Part shown: one piece after another, positions 29,861 to 40,689 of the stretch
How the letters are laid out: each line of letters starts with the position of its first letter
How positions within the stretch are numbered: position 1 is the stretch's first letter
Assembly: GCA_020444505.1 (NCBI GenBank)
Contig: JAHLKU010000006.1
Span: 3,254 to 67,253 of the forward strand
Origin: Actinomycetota bacterium
GTDB taxonomy: Bacteria > Actinomycetota > Acidimicrobiia > Spongiisociales > UBA11373
DNA: 64,000 bases
Direction: 5' to 3'
Notes under the pieces: generated by a model
The model's database searches: none
The model's input: the letters and a program-made list of their open reading frames with translations, nothing else
Told to the model about the DNA's origin: nothing
Program-made: the position numbers and the translations under genes

Positions 29861-30610
29861 ATGCCCGAAGCACCCCTGCTCGTCATCGACGACCTGCGCG
29901 CCTCCGTCGACGGCACCGAGATCCTCAAAGGCGTGACCCTGACCGTGCGGCGTGGCGAGATCCACGCCCTGATGGGCCCCAACGGCTCGGGGAAGTCCAC
30001 CCTGGCCAACGTGCTGATGGGCCATCCCGACTACGAGGTGACCGGCGGGAGCATCCGGTTCCTCGGCGAGGACGTCACCGAGTGGTCGCCCGACGCCCGC
30101 GGCCGGGCCGGCATGTTCCTGGCGTTCCAGTACCCCGAGGAGATCCCCGGCGTGTCGGTGGTCAACTTCCTGCGCTCCGCCCTCTCCAACCGCACCGGCA
30201 CCGACTTCACCGTGCTGGAGCTGCGGCTGAAGGTGATGGACACCATGAAGGAGCTGGGCATGGACGCCTCCTTCGCCGACCGGTACCTCAACGAGGGCTT
30301 CTCCGGCGGCGAGCGGAAGCGCAACGAGGTGCTGCAGATGGCCGTGCTCGAGCCGGAGCTGGCCATCATGGACGAGACCGACTCCGGGCTCGACATCGAC
30401 GCCCTGCGCACCGTCGCCGAGGGCGTGACCAAGGTCGCCTCCCCCGAACGGGGCTTCCTCATCATCACCCACTACCAGCGGATGCTCGACTACATCACCC
30501 CCGACGTCGTCCACGTGTTCGTGGACGGGCGGGTCGTGGAGACCGGCGACGCCCGCCTGGCCGTGCGGATCGAGGAAGACGGCTACGAGGCCTTCCGGCC
30601 GGTGGGGTGA
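29861..30610 (+). CDS. sufC: Fe-S assembly ATPase SufC (copy 1)
   Basis: [46 protein letters not shown]. Confidence 0.95.
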   Translation: MPEAPLLVIDDLRASVDGTEILKGVTLTVRRGEIHALMGPNGSGKSTLANVLMGHPDYEVTGGSIRFLGEDVTEWSPDARGRAGMFLAFQYPEEIPGVSVVNFLRSALSNRTGTDFTVLELRLKVMDTMKELGMDASFADRYLNEGFSGGERKRNEVLQMAVLEPELAIMDETDSGLDIDALRTVAEGVTKVASPERGFLIITHYQRMLDYITPDVVHVFVDGRVVETGDARLAVRIEEDGYEAFRPVG

Positions 30611-30612
30611 CG

Positions 30613-31842
30613 ATGGGCGACCTGTCCCACCTCCGGGACGACTTCCCGATCCTCTCCACGGAGATGAACGGGCACCCGCTCGTCTACCTGGACAGCGCCG
30701 CCACCACCCAGAAGCCGGTGCAGGTCCTCGACGCGATGGACGGCTACTACCGCACCACCAACGCCAACGTCCATCGCGGCGCGTATGCCCTGGCCGTCGA
30801 GGCCACCGATGCCTACGAGGGCGCCAGGGCCAAGGTCGCCCGGTTCGTCAACGCCGCCACCCCGGCCGAGATCGTGTTCACCCGCGGCACCACCACGGCC
30901 ATCAACGCCATCGCCTACGGGTGGGGCCTCGACCACCTCGGCCCCGGCGACCGGGTGCTGCTGACCATGCTCGAGCACCACGCCAACGTGGTGCCGTGGC
31001 AGATCGTGGCCCGCCACACCGGCGCCGAGCTCGTCTACCTGCCGCTCACCGACGGGTACCTCGTGGACACCTCGGCGCTCGACGGCCTGCTCGACGAGCG
31101 GGTGAAGGTGGTCGGCTTCTCCGGCATGTCGAACGTGCTGGGGACCATCGGCCCCGTCGCCGAGCTCGCCGCCGCCGCCCGCAGCGTCGGGGCGATCTCG
31201 GTGGTGGACGCCGCCCAGATGGTGCCGCACATGCCGGTGGACGTGCAGGCGCTGGGGGTGGACTTCGTGGCCTTCGGCGCCCACAAGATGCTGGGCCCCA
31301 CCGGCATCGGGGCCCTGTGGGGCCCCATGGATCGGCTGGAGCGGCTGGAGCCGGCCGAGGGGGGCGGGGAGATGATCCTGGACGTGGGCCTGCAGGAGTC
31401 CACCTGGGCCGACATCCCCCACCGCTTCGAGGCGGGCACCCCGCCGATCGCCGAAGCCGTCGGCTTCGGGGCGGCGGTGGACTACCTGGAGGCCGTCGGC
31501 ATGGCGGCGGTGCGGGCGCACGAGGAGCAGATCACCGCCTACGCACTGGAACGGCTCGCCACCGTGCCCGACCTCACCGTGTACGGCCCCTCCGACGTGT
31601 CCGCCCGGGGCGGGGCCGTGTCGTTCACCCTCGCCGACATCCACCCCCACGACCTGGCCACCATCCTGGACCAGCAGGGCATCGCGGTGCGGGCCGGGCA
31701 CCACTGCACCCGGCCGCTCCACCGCCTGCTCGACGTGCCGGCCACGGCCCGGGCGTCGTTCTACGTCTACAGCGTCCCCGGGGAGGTGGACCTCCTGGTC
31801 GCCGCCCTCGAGGAGGCGAGGAGGATCTTCGGTGTCGCTTGA
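30613..31842 (+). CDS. sufS: Cysteine desulfurase SufS
   Basis: YLDSAATTQKP, ANVHRG, EHHAN, HKMLGPTG, RAGHHC. Confidence 0.96.
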   Translation: MGDLSHLRDDFPILSTEMNGHPLVYLDSAATTQKPVQVLDAMDGYYRTTNANVHRGAYALAVEATDAYEGARAKVARFVNAATPAEIVFTRGTTTAINAIAYGWGLDHLGPGDRVLLTMLEHHANVVPWQIVARHTGAELVYLPLTDGYLVDTSALDGLLDERVKVVGFSGMSNVLGTIGPVAELAAAARSVGAISVVDAAQMVPHMPVDVQALGVDFVAFGAHKMLGPTGIGALWGPMDRLERLEPAEGGGEMILDVGLQESTWADIPHRFEAGTPPIAEAVGFGAAVDYLEAVGMAAVRAHEEQITAYALERLATVPDLTVYGPSDVSARGGAVSFTLADIHPHDLATILDQQGIAVRAGHHCTRPLHRLLDVPATARASFYVYSVPGEVDLLVAALEEARRIFGVA

Positions 31843-32281
31843 CGAGCTGTACCGCGAGGTGATCCTCGACCACTACCGCAACCCCCGGCACCGGGGCCGT
31901 CTGGAGCACGCCACCGCCCACGCCGAGGGGCAGAACCCGCTGTGCGGCGACGAGGTGCGCATCGACCTGGTGGTCGACGGCGGGCGCGTGGTCGAGATCG
32001 GCGTGACCGGGCAGGGGTGCTCGATCAGCCAGGCGTCTGCTTCGATGATGGCCGAGGCCGTCGCCGGCAAGAGCGTCGCCGAGATCGAGGGCCTCTCGTC
32101 CCGCTTCCGGGCGATGATGGACCTCGAGGAGGGCGACGCCGGCATCGACGAGTCCCGGCCGGGCGAGTCGCTCGGCGACCTGGAGGCCCTGCAGGGGGTC
32201 CGCCGCTTCCCGGTCCGCATCAAGTGCGCGGCCCTGCCCTGGACCACCCTCAAGGAGGCGCTGGAGGGGGACGCCGGCTAG
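31832..32281 (+). CDS. sufU: SUF sulfur-transfer protein SufU
   Basis: YREVILDHY, NPLCGD, GCSISQAS, RIKCA. Confidence 0.94.
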   Translation: MSLDELYREVILDHYRNPRHRGRLEHATAHAEGQNPLCGDEVRIDLVVDGGRVVEIGVTGQGCSISQASASMMAEAVAGKSVAEIEGLSSRFRAMMDLEEGDAGIDESRPGESLGDLEALQGVRRFPVRIKCAALPWTTLKEALEGDAG

Positions 32282-32340
32282 GTGACCTTGTCCTCTGGCG
32301 GGGCCGCCGCCCCGGCACCACCCTGGCCGGGGAGGTGGTC

Positions 32341-32838
32341 GTGATGTCCCGCGAGACCCTGCACCCCGATCGGCTCGCCGAGGTGGCCCTGGCCCTCGAG
32401 GCGATGCCCGCCGGCGAGCGGCCCCACTACGGCCTGAGCGCCGACGAGTTCTCCTTCACGTCGGGGTTCCGCAGCCTCACCTCGTGGTCGGCGGGTGACG
32501 CCTACCGGCGGGTCCGGGTGCTCGTCCTGGCCGGCGGCCTCAGGCTCGAGGGAGGCCGCGCCCGGGCACCGAGGGAGTTCCACCACGGGGACCTGGTGGA
32601 GGTCGTCACCCGGGGCGGACGCGGCGCCGGGCTCCGCTTCGCCTCCGGGGCGAAGGTCCGGCTCCGCCGGGTGCCCTCCCACCTGCTGGAGCCCCTGGCG
32701 GGCTACGCGTCGCTGGGGACCGGCGCGCTGGCGTGGGACGCCCTCGACGACGCCCAGCGCTCGGAGTGCGCCAGGACCTGGCTGGCCGCCGGGCTGATCC
32801 CGGACGCATCGGCCTCGCCGCCCGGGCGCGGCGCCTGA
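32341..32838 (+). CDS. Hypothetical protein
   Basis: RBS GGAGGT before GTG 32341; coding-like composition; no motif recognised. Confidence 0.55.
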   Translation: MMSRETLHPDRLAEVALALEAMPAGERPHYGLSADEFSFTSGFRSLTSWSAGDAYRRVRVLVLAGGLRLEGGRARAPREFHHGDLVEVVTRGGRGAGLRFASGAKVRLRRVPSHLLEPLAGYASLGTGALAWDALDDAQRSECARTWLAAGLIPDASASPPGRGA

Positions 32839-32839
32839 C

Positions 32840-33367
32840 CTAGCCCAGCCCCTCCAGCCAGGCGCGGACCTCTGCAGGCGTGCGCAGCCGCACCCACCGC
32901 AGGTGGGACCACTCCCCCGACGCCGCGTCCCGCGCGTACCGGGCGTTGGTGCGGCGATGGGTCCTCACCAGCCACCACAGGATGGAGTCCCGGCTGCAGA
33001 AGGCCTTGCGGAACGTCTCCCGGTTGCCGGCCCACAACTCCTCGCGGCCGCGCACCCGGCGCCGGGTGCGCCGCAGCAGCCGCCACAGGTTCGTACGGAA
33101 CGGCAGGTCCAGCCACACCACGGTGTCGGCGGCGGCCCAGACCAGGTCCTGGGAGACGCTGCGGTAGTTCCCGTCCACCACCCAGGCGCCGCCCGCGACG
33201 GCCTCCGCCACCTCGGCGCGGATCGTGTCCCGGTCGCGCATCTGCCACCCCGGGCCCCAGTGGAGCGCATCCATCTCGACCACGGGGATGCCGAGACGGG
33301 CGCCGACGGCAGCGGCGACGGTGGTCTTGCCGGACCCGGTGGGCCCTACGACGGAGATGCGGCGCAT
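32840..33367 (-). CDS. P-loop kinase (adenylate kinase/FlaR-like)
   Basis: GPTGSGKTT, DALHWGPGW, WVVDGNY, ADTVVWLD. Confidence 0.88.
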   Translation of the reverse strand: MRRISVVGPTGSGKTTVAAAVGARLGIPVVEMDALHWGPGWQMRDRDTIRAEVAEAVAGGAWVVDGNYRSVSQDLVWAAADTVVWLDLPFRTNLWRLLRRTRRRVRGREELWAGNRETFRKAFCSRDSILWWLVRTHRRTNARYARDAASGEWSHLRWVRLRTPAEVRAWLEGLG

Positions 33368-33377
33368 GGCGCCCGCA

Positions 33378-34253
33378 TCATGGCAGGCCGGAGCCGGCCG
33401 CCGATCGGGCGAGGAGGAAGGCCCCGTACAGGCCCGCCCTCGCCCCGAAGTGCGGAGCCTCCACCCGCGGGGCCGGCACGTAGCCGTCCAGTGCCTCGAC
33501 CATCCGGGCGGCGGCCCGGTCGTGGAGGCCCCTGGCCATGACGCCGCCGCCGACCACGATCACCTCGGGCGACCAGGCGAGCGTCACCAGGGACAGCCCG
33601 GTCCCCACGTACCAGGCCACCAGGTCCCACGCCTCGTGGTCGTCGGGCAGGTCCTCCCCGGCGATGCCGTAGCGCCGGCGCAGCGACGGCCCCGCCGTCA
33701 TGCCCTCCCAGCACCCGACGTGGGCGCCGCAGGTGCCCTCGTGATCGTCGCCCGGCATGCGGGGCACCGGGAGGTGCCCGATCTCGGGGTGCTGCAGGCC
33801 CCGGACCGTCCCTCCGTTGGCCACCAGGCCGCCGCCGACCCCGGTGCCGATGGTGAGGTACGCCGCCACGTCGGCGCCCCCGGCCGCTCCCCATCGCCAC
33901 TCGGCGAGGGCGGCGGCGTTGACGTCGGTGTCGATGGCCACCGGGGCGTCGAGGCGGGCCCGGCACTCCTCGACCAGGGGGAACCCCGCCCACCCCCGCT
34001 TGGGGGTGGGACCCATCCTCCCCGCCCGCAGGTTCACCGGGCCGAACGATGCGATGCCCACCCCGGCGATCTCGTCGCCGCCGGCGGCCTCGCCGACGGC
34101 GTCCCTCACCGCATCCCAGGTGCGGTGCGGGTCGTGGCCGGTGGGGACCACGGTCTCGGGAGCGGCCAGGACCGGCCGGCCGTCCTCGAAGGCGGCGACG
34201 GCGGCGACCACCTTGGTGCCCCCGGTCTCGATGCCCACGTACCACCCGTCCAT
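33378..34253 (-). CDS. ROK-family fructokinase
   Basis: GIETGGTK, GIASFGPV, DTDVNAAALAE, TIGTGVGGG, HPEIGH, CxxHxxCxE. Confidence 0.88.
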   Translation of the reverse strand: MDGWYVGIETGGTKVVAAVAAFEDGRPVLAAPETVVPTGHDPHRTWDAVRDAVGEAAGGDEIAGVGIASFGPVNLRAGRMGPTPKRGWAGFPLVEECRARLDAPVAIDTDVNAAALAEWRWGAAGGADVAAYLTIGTGVGGGLVANGGTVRGLQHPEIGHLPVPRMPGDDHEGTCGAHVGCWEGMTAGPSLRRRYGIAGEDLPDDHEAWDLVAWYVGTGLSLVTLAWSPEVIVVGGGVMARGLHDRAAARMVEALDGYVPAPRVEAPHFGARAGLYGAFLLARSAAGSGLP

Positions 34254-34273
34254 GGGCGCAGTCTGGCAGGCGG

Positions 34274-35680
34274 CTACGGGATGCCGCCCTCGGTCATGCC
34301 GCGGAGGTCGAGTGCGGCGTCGAGCTCGTCGGCCGGGAGCACGCCCATCTCCAGCGCCACCTCGCGCACCGGGCGCCCCTCGGCGGCCGCCCGCTTGGCC
34401 ACCTCGGCGGCCCGGTCGTAGCCGATCCGGGGGGCCAGGGCGGTGACGATGATCACGTTGCGGCCCACCAGGTCGGCGGCGCGGGCCTCGTCGGCGGTGA
34501 TGCCGTCGACACACCGCTCGGCCAGGAGGTCGGCCGACACCGCCAGCAGTCCGATCGACTCCAGCAGGTTGCGTGCGATCAACGGCATCATCACGTTCAG
34601 CTCCAGCGTGCCGTTGGCCCCGCCCCAGGTGACGGCGGCGTCGTTGCCGAACACCTGGGCGGCCGCCTGCAGCACCGCCTCGGGGATCACCGGGTTCACC
34701 TTGCCCGGCATGATCGACGACCCCGGCTGCAGGGCGGGGAGGCGGATCTCGCCGATCCCGGTGGCGGGCCCGGACGCCAGCCAGCGCAGGTCGTTGGCGA
34801 CCTTGAACATGCCCCCGGCCAGCGCCTTGAGGGCGCCGGAGGCCGCCACGGCGGCGTCCTTGCCGCCCTGCGCCTCGAAGTGGTCGTCTGCCTCCCGGAA
34901 CGGCAGGCCGGTCCGCCGGGCGATCCCTTCGATCACCGCCGCCGCGAACCCCTCCGGGGCGTTGATCCCGGTGCCGACCGCCGTGCCGCCCAGGGCCAGC
35001 TCGCACAGGCCGTCGAGGGCGGCGTCGACGCGGGCGGCCCCCTTGCGGATCTGGGCCGCGTAGCCGCCGAACTCCTGGCCGAGACGCACCGGCGTGGCGT
35101 CCATCAGATGGGTGCGGCCCGACTTGACCACCCCGTCGAACTCGTCTGCCTTGGCCTCCAGCGAGGCGGCGAGGCGGTCGAGGGCGGGCAGCAGGTCGGC
35201 GGTGATGCCGAGCGCGGCGGCGATGTGGATGGCCGTGGGCACGACGTCGTTGGACGACTGGCCGGCGTTGACGTGGTCGTTGGGGTGCACGGCCCGCTCC
35301 CCCTGCGGGGCGCCGAGGATCTCGGCCGCCCGGTTGGCGATCACCTCGTTGGCGTTCATGTTCATCGACGTGCCCGACCCGCTCTGGAACAGGCCGGTGG
35401 TGAAGCGGCCGCCGCCCACCCGGAACTGCCCGTCGTGGGCCCCGCCTGCGACCTCGTCGGCGGCGGCCGCCACCGCCTCGGCGAGCGGGCCGTCCAGGAT
35501 GCCGAGCGCAGCGTTGGCGCGAGCGGCCTCGGCCTTGACCATGCCGAGGGCGTGCACGAACCGGATGCCGGAGCGGTCGGCTCGCTCCGGGAAGTTGTCG
35601 ATGGCGCGCTGGGTCTGCGCCCCCCACCTGGCGTCGTCGGGGACCTGCATCTCCCCCATCGAGTCGCGTTCGGTCCTCAT
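34274..35680 (-). CDS. fumC: Class II fumarate hydratase
   Basis: [39 protein letters not shown]. Confidence 0.9.
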   Translation of the reverse strand: MRTERDSMGEMQVPDDARWGAQTQRAIDNFPERADRSGIRFVHALGMVKAEAARANAALGILDGPLAEAVAAAADEVAGGAHDGQFRVGGGRFTTGLFQSGSGTSMNMNANEVIANRAAEILGAPQGERAVHPNDHVNAGQSSNDVVPTAIHIAAALGITADLLPALDRLAASLEAKADEFDGVVKSGRTHLMDATPVRLGQEFGGYAAQIRKGAARVDAALDGLCELALGGTAVGTGINAPEGFAAAVIEGIARRTGLPFREADDHFEAQGGKDAAVAASGALKALAGGMFKVANDLRWLASGPATGIGEIRLPALQPGSSIMPGKVNPVIPEAVLQAAAQVFGNDAAVTWGGANGTLELNVMMPLIARNLLESIGLLAVSADLLAERCVDGITADEARAADLVGRNVIIVTALAPRIGYDRAAEVAKRAAAEGRPVREVALEMGVLPADELDAALDLRGMTEGGIP

Positions 35681-36429
35681 GCGTCCACCTCCAGGGCTGC
35701 CGCCACCGTCTCCAGGTAGCGGTCGTACACGGCGGGCTCGCGGTGGGCCGAGTGCCCCGACCCCTCCAGCACCACGTAGTCGATCATGGGGTTCTCGGCG
35801 GCGAACCACTCGCCGATGGTCACCGGCACGATGCCGCCGTGCTCGGGGTCTCCGCCGACGATGGTGGTCGGCACCCCCAGCGCGGCGGTCTCGGCGATCA
35901 GGTTCCAGCCCGGGTTGTCCCGCACCGTGGCCTCCACCACCTCCTCCGGGCACTGGTCCATGGCGTCCAGTTTGCGCCGGACCTCCTCGGGGTGCCAGGT
36001 CGGGCTCTCGGCCGCCACCGCCTCGACCGTGCGGGGGTGGCGGTACGGCTCCACCAGCCAGGCGACGGCCTCCTCGGTGGGCACGGCCGCCATCAGCAGC
36101 GCCGGGTCCTGCAGGATCAGGCGCCGGGCGAAGCCGGGGTCGGCCGTCTGCGCCAGCACGGCGACGGCGCCGCCCAGGGAGTGGCCGACCACGCCGTCCC
36201 ACCCCGAGCCGAGCGCTGCGACGTCGGCGGTGTAGCCCCCCAGCGTGTAGTCGCCGGCACGGGGGCTCCGCCCGTGGCCCCGCAGATCGGCCGCCGTCAC
36301 CTCGTACCCGAGGGCGGCCAGGTCGGGCCCGACCCTCCACCACCCCTCGGTGTTCCAGGTGATGCCGTGGAGGAGCAGCAGGCGGCGCCGGCCCCGCCCC
36401 CACGTCCGGGTGTGGAGCGGCAGCGGCAC
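35677..36429 (-). CDS. Alpha/beta hydrolase
   Basis: [23 protein letters not shown]. Confidence 0.88.
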   Translation of the reverse strand: MPLPLHTRTWGRGRRRLLLLHGITWNTEGWWRVGPDLAALGYEVTAADLRGHGRSPRAGDYTLGGYTADVAALGSGWDGVVGHSLGGAVAVLAQTADPGFARRLILQDPALLMAAVPTEEAVAWLVEPYRHPRTVEAVAAESPTWHPEEVRRKLDAMDQCPEEVVEATVRDNPGWNLIAETAALGVPTTIVGGDPEHGGIVPVTIGEWFAAENPMIDYVVLEGSGHSAHREPAVYDRYLETVAAALEVDA

Positions 36430-36434
36430 CGGCC

Positions 36435-37220
36435 CTAGAGCCCGGCCAGGAAGTCGGCGCCGTCGTCGTCCTCGGGTTCGGAGAGGTCGATGCCGAGGTC
36501 GGCGGCGATGGCGTCGTAGCCCTTCGCCTCCAGTTCCTCGGCCAGTTCTGGCCCGCCCGAGCGCACGATCCGGCCCGCCATCATCACGTGCACCCGATCG
36601 GGGGTGACGTAGCGGAGGATCCGGCTGTAGTGGGTGATGAGCAGCACGCCGAGGGCGGGGCTCCGCATCGCCTCGACGGCGGCGGCCACCTCGCGGACGG
36701 CGTCGATGTCGAGGCCGCTGTCGATCTCGTCGAGGATCGCCACCTTGGGCGCCATCGACATCAACTGGAAGATCTCCGATCGCTTCTTCTCGCCGCCCGA
36801 CAGCCCCTCGTTGACCGGACGCTCCAGGAATCGATCCATGCCCAGTTCGGCGACGGCGGCGGCCATCCGGTCCCCGAACCCGTCGCCGCTCCCCGCCGCC
36901 TGGGCGATCTCGCCCATCAGGTCGTCGAGGGTGACGCCCGGCACCTCCACCGGGTACTGGAACGCCTCGAACAGCCCGAGGCGGGCGCGCTCGTCCACCG
37001 GCAGGCCGAGCACGTCGGTGCCGCCCACCCGGGCCGAGCCGGATGCGTGGTACTCGGGCTTGCCCATCAGCACGTGGCACAGCGTGGACTTGCCGGAGCC
37101 GTTGGGGCCCATGAGCGCATGGACCTCGCCGAACGGCACCTCGAGGTCGACGCCCTTGAGGATCTGGAGCTCGCCGAGGCCGGCCTGCAGCCCGGTGATG
37201 GAGAGTGCGGGTCCGCTCAC
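36435..37220 (-). CDS. sufC: Fe-S assembly ATPase SufC (copy 2)
   Basis: [46 protein letters not shown]. Confidence 0.93.
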   Translation of the reverse strand: MSGPALSITGLQAGLGELQILKGVDLEVPFGEVHALMGPNGSGKSTLCHVLMGKPEYHASGSARVGGTDVLGLPVDERARLGLFEAFQYPVEVPGVTLDDLMGEIAQAAGSGDGFGDRMAAAVAELGMDRFLERPVNEGLSGGEKKRSEIFQLMSMAPKVAILDEIDSGLDIDAVREVAAAVEAMRSPALGVLLITHYSRILRYVTPDRVHVMMAGRIVRSGGPELAEELEAKGYDAIAADLGIDLSEPEDDDGADFLAGL

Positions 37221-37546
37221 GATGCCACCTCCAGGGGCTCCAGGGTCACGAAGACGTCGCCGTCCTCCACCGCGACGGCGTAGACCTCCACCGGCTTGGT
37301 CGCCGGGAAGGAGCCCGGTTCTCCCGTGCGCAGGTCGAACTCGGAGCCGTGCCGTGGGCACTCGACTGCGCCGTCGAACAGCTCGCCGTCGGCCAGCGAC
37401 GCCTCGGCGTGGCTGCAGCGGTCGGCGAGGGCGAACACCTCTCCTCCCACCCGGAACACCGCGATGCGGTGGCCGAAGGCGTCCACCCGGACGCCCCGTC
37501 CGTCGGGCAGGTCGGCCAGCGGGGCGATGCGCACCTTCTCGCTCAC
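37217..37546 (-). CDS. Rieske [2Fe-2S] ferredoxin
   Basis: CSH...CPRHGSEFDL. Confidence 0.93.
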   Translation of the reverse strand: MSEKVRIAPLADLPDGRGVRVDAFGHRIAVFRVGGEVFALADRCSHAEASLADGELFDGAVECPRHGSEFDLRTGEPGSFPATKPVEVYAVAVEDGDVFVTLEPLEVAS

Positions 37547-38808
37547 GTGGCGCTCCCGCCGATGATCCCGGCGTACTTGGCCATCGCGGCCTGCCGCAGC
37601 GGGGGCTCCAACTGCTGATGGCGGTACCGGGTGAGCACCTCTTCGAAGAAGCCCTTCACCTGCAGCCGGTCGGCGGCGGCGCGGTCGAGGCCCCGGCTCA
37701 TCAGGTAGTAGCGCTGCTCGGCGTCGAGGGGGCCGACGGCGGAACCGTGCCCGCAGCGCACGTCGTTGGCGAGGATCTCCAGGTTGGGCACGGAGTGGGC
37801 CTCGGCGCCGTCGCTGAGCACCAGATTGCGGTTGGTCTGGTGGGCGTTGGTCTTCTGGCCGGCGGGCTCGATGCGGATGAGCCCGGTGAACACCGAGCGG
37901 GCCGTGTCGCCGACGGCGCCCTTCAGGAACATGTCCGAGGTGGTGTTGGGGGCGTTGTGGTTCACGAACGCCCGGTAGTCGAGCGTCTGCTGCCGGTCGC
38001 CGAAGTACAGGCCGAGCACCCGGGCGTCGGCGCCGGGGCCGTCGAGATCCACGGTCAGGTGGAGGCGGGCGAACCTGCCGCCGAGACCGGTCTCGGCCAG
38101 TTCGACCGCGCCGTCGCGGCCGGCGACGTGGTGGTGCTGGGAGATCGCCGTGGTCTGATCGCCCCAGGTCTGCACCACGGTGACGGACACCCTCGCGTTG
38201 GCGCCCCCGCCCACCTCGACGTGGGGGACGGCGGTGAGGGCGACGCCGTCGGGCGAGCGGTAGTGGACGACGACCGCCGCCTCGGCGCCGTCGCCGGCGG
38301 CGACGACGATGCGGGGCAGCACCAGCGACCCGGGGGTGACGGCCTGCACCTCGATCAGGTACGGGGCCCCGACGGCGGTGCCGGCGGGCACATCCACACG
38401 CACCCCATCGCGCCCGAAGGCGTGGTGGGCTGCGGCGAAGCGGTCGAGGTCGGCGGGGATGCCCGCCCTGCCCGCTGCCTCCCAGGCGGCGGCGCCGGCG
38501 TCGTGCAGCGCCTGCAGGCCATCGCCGGACGCTTCGACGGTGAAGCCGTCCACCGACAGGGCGCGGCCCGCCACCTCGCCGAGGGCGGCGGCGACGACGC
38601 CCTCGCCGGGCATCGGGGCGCCGGGCGCCTCGGGCAGCGCCGCGTCGTCGAGGTCCATGCCCAGTTCGACGTAGCGCCAATCCTCCCCGCGGGGGTCCGG
38701 CATCGGCATCTTCTCGTAGAGGGCCGCGCCGTGCTCGATGCGGGCGCGGACCGGTTCTGGGAGCCCTGTTGCGGCGCGCGCCGCGGTGTCCTGGGTCAGT
38801 GGAAGCAC
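37543..38808 (-). CDS. sufD: Fe-S assembly protein SufD
   Basis: EDWRY, FKGAV, PNLEILANDVRCGHGS, YLMSRGL. Confidence 0.92.
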   Translation of the reverse strand: MLPLTQDTAARAATGLPEPVRARIEHGAALYEKMPMPDPRGEDWRYVELGMDLDDAALPEAPGAPMPGEGVVAAALGEVAGRALSVDGFTVEASGDGLQALHDAGAAAWEAAGRAGIPADLDRFAAAHHAFGRDGVRVDVPAGTAVGAPYLIEVQAVTPGSLVLPRIVVAAGDGAEAAVVVHYRSPDGVALTAVPHVEVGGGANARVSVTVVQTWGDQTTAISQHHHVAGRDGAVELAETGLGGRFARLHLTVDLDGPGADARVLGLYFGDRQQTLDYRAFVNHNAPNTTSDMFLKGAVGDTARSVFTGLIRIEPAGQKTNAHQTNRNLVLSDGAEAHSVPNLEILANDVRCGHGSAVGPLDAEQRYYLMSRGLDRAAADRLQVKGFFEEVLTRYRHQQLEPPLRQAAMAKYAGIIGGSAT

Positions 38809-38871
38809 TCGATCACCTCGGTGCGGCACTCTATTCGCAACCACCCCCGTACCCAAAGCGGTTTCTGCGCC

Positions 38872-39546
38872 TCAGCAGTGGGCCGCAGCGGCGGCGAACA
38901 CGGCGTCGAACATCACCTCGGTGAGGCGCCCGGTGAAGGTGTTCTGCTGGCTGGGGTGATAGGACCCGATGACCATCGGGCCGGAGGTCGGCGCCTCCGC
39001 GCCGTGGCCGAATCGGGGCCGCGGCGACGGCACCTCCACACCCCGCCGCTCCAGCACCCTGAGCACGTGCCCGAAGGCGAACCCGCCGAGCGCCACCACC
39101 ACCCGCACCGCCGGCAGCAGGTCGAGCTCCCGCTCGAGGAACGGGCTGCAGGCGTCCCGTTCGGCCGCCGTCGGCGTGTTGGCGGGAGGGGCGCAGCGAA
39201 CCGGGGCGGTCACCCAGGCCCCCCGCAGGGCGAGCCCATCGTCCCGGTGCTCGGACGTGGGCTGGTTGGCGAAGCCGGCGCGGTGCAGCGCCCGGTACAG
39301 CCAGTCTCCGGAGCGGTCGCCGGTGAACATGCGGCCGGTGCGGTTGGCGCCGTGGGCCGCAGGCGCCAGGCCCACCACCAGCAGCCGGGCGTCCGGGTCT
39401 CCGAAGCCCGGCACCGGCTTGCCCCAGTACTCCTGGTCCCCGAACGCGGCCCGCTTGACCCGGGCCACCTCCTCGCGCCACGCCACCAGCCGGGGGCACG
39501 CCCGGCAGGCGGCGATCTCGGCGGCGAGGGCGTCGAGGTCCGGCAT
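38872..39546 (-). CDS. udgB: Uracil-DNA glycosylase family 5 (UdgB, Fe-S)
   Basis: [32 protein letters not shown]. Confidence 0.92.
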   Translation of the reverse strand: MPDLDALAAEIAACRACPRLVAWREEVARVKRAAFGDQEYWGKPVPGFGDPDARLLVVGLAPAAHGANRTGRMFTGDRSGDWLYRALHRAGFANQPTSEHRDDGLALRGAWVTAPVRCAPPANTPTAAERDACSPFLERELDLLPAVRVVVALGGFAFGHVLRVLERRGVEVPSPRPRFGHGAEAPTSGPMVIGSYHPSQQNTFTGRLTEVMFDAVFAAAAAHC

Positions 39547-39756
39547 GGGCGGCCACCCTAGGACGGCGGCGCACCGGCCCGCCACCCGCACCCATCCCGC
39601 CCGGCCACGCTCCGTGGTCGGTGCGCGGCGCCGCCCCCGACCTGCGTACACCACCCCTGACATGGGGGTATGCGGTGGTTCCGACGCGGTGTCACGTTGC
39701 GCGCCCACCGAGCGTCGTGATAGCGTGACCTTCCGCTTTCGGACGGGAGGTCGAGG

Positions 39757-40689
39757 GTGGCGAAGTCGATGAGAGACAACCCGACGCTCTCCGACAGCGT
39801 CGGCATGTACCTCGAGTCGGTGGCGGACCACGACCTCCTCACTGCAGAAGACGAAGTGCGGTTGGCGCGCGCCATGGAGCGCGGCAAGAAGGCGCAGCGC
39901 CGGTTGGACGCCGACAGGGATCTGTCCTCCTACGAGCGGGCCGAGTTGTTCCGGGCCGTCCACGAGTCCGACGAGGCCAAGGCCGAGTTCATCCGCAGCA
40001 ACCTGCGCCTCGTCATCTCCATCGCCAAGCGCTACACGGGGCGCGGCCTCGACCTCCTCGACCTGGTGCAGGAGGGCAACCTGGGCCTGATCCGGGCGGT
40101 CGAGAAGTTCGACTGGCGCAAGGGCTTCAAGTTCTCCACCTACGCCACCTGGTGGATCCGCCAGGCCATCACGAGGGGCCTCGGCAACCAGGGCCGCACC
40201 ATCCGCCTCCCCGTGCACATGGTGGACGTGGTCCGCACCGTGCAGGAGACGGCGCTCAGCCTGGGCGAGCGGCTGCGGCGCAGCCCGACGCTGGAGGAGA
40301 TCGCCGAGGCGAGCGGCCTCGACCTGGAGCGCGTCCGGGTGGCCATGGAGGCCCCCGGCGACACCGTCAGCCTCGACCGCCCCGTCGGCGCCGACGGCGA
40401 CGCCGAACTGAGCGACTTCGTCGAGGACGACGCGGCCGCCGACCCGTTCGCCGCCGCCGTCGAGGTGTCGGCACGCCAGAGTCTGGAGCAGGCGATGTGC
40501 CTGCTCGACGAGCGGGAGCAGGAGGTGGTCCGGCTCCGCTACGGCCTGGAGGGCGGCACCCCCCGCACCCTGTCGGACGTCGGCAAGCACTTCGACCTCA
40601 CCCGGGAGCGCATCCGCCAGATCGAGGGCCGGGCACTGGCCAAGCTGCGCCACCCCTCGTGCGCCTTCGACCTGGAGAGCCTGCTCTAG
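39757..40689 (+). CDS. Sigma-70 group 1/2 sigma factor lacking region 1.1 (SigB/HrdD-like)
   Basis: [52 protein letters not shown]. Confidence 0.92.
   Translation: MAKSMRDNPTLSDSVGMYLESVADHDLLTAEDEVRLARAMERGKKAQRRLDADRDLSSYERAELFRAVHESDEAKAEFIRSNLRLVISIAKRYTGRGLDLLDLVQEGNLGLIRAVEKFDWRKGFKFSTYATWWIRQAITRGLGNQGRTIRLPVHMVDVVRTVQETALSLGERLRRSPTLEEIAEASGLDLERVRVAMEAPGDTVSLDRPVGADGDAELSDFVEDDAAADPFAAAVEVSARQSLEQAMCLLDEREQEVVRLRYGLEGGTPRTLSDVGKHFDLTRERIRQIEGRALAKLRHPSCAFDLESLL

Noticed and set aside
33378-37361. Apparent long N-terminal extensions or fusions in ORF-track entries for ROK, fumC, hydrolase and sufC2
   Set aside because: The extensions are off-frame read-through of upstream genes; true starts with RBS or stop/start overlaps lie downstream
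38825-38870. AT-rich stretch upstream of sufD as a possible SufR box (GCAAC...GTAC)
   Set aside because: Symmetry is too weak to call and no sufR gene is in the window
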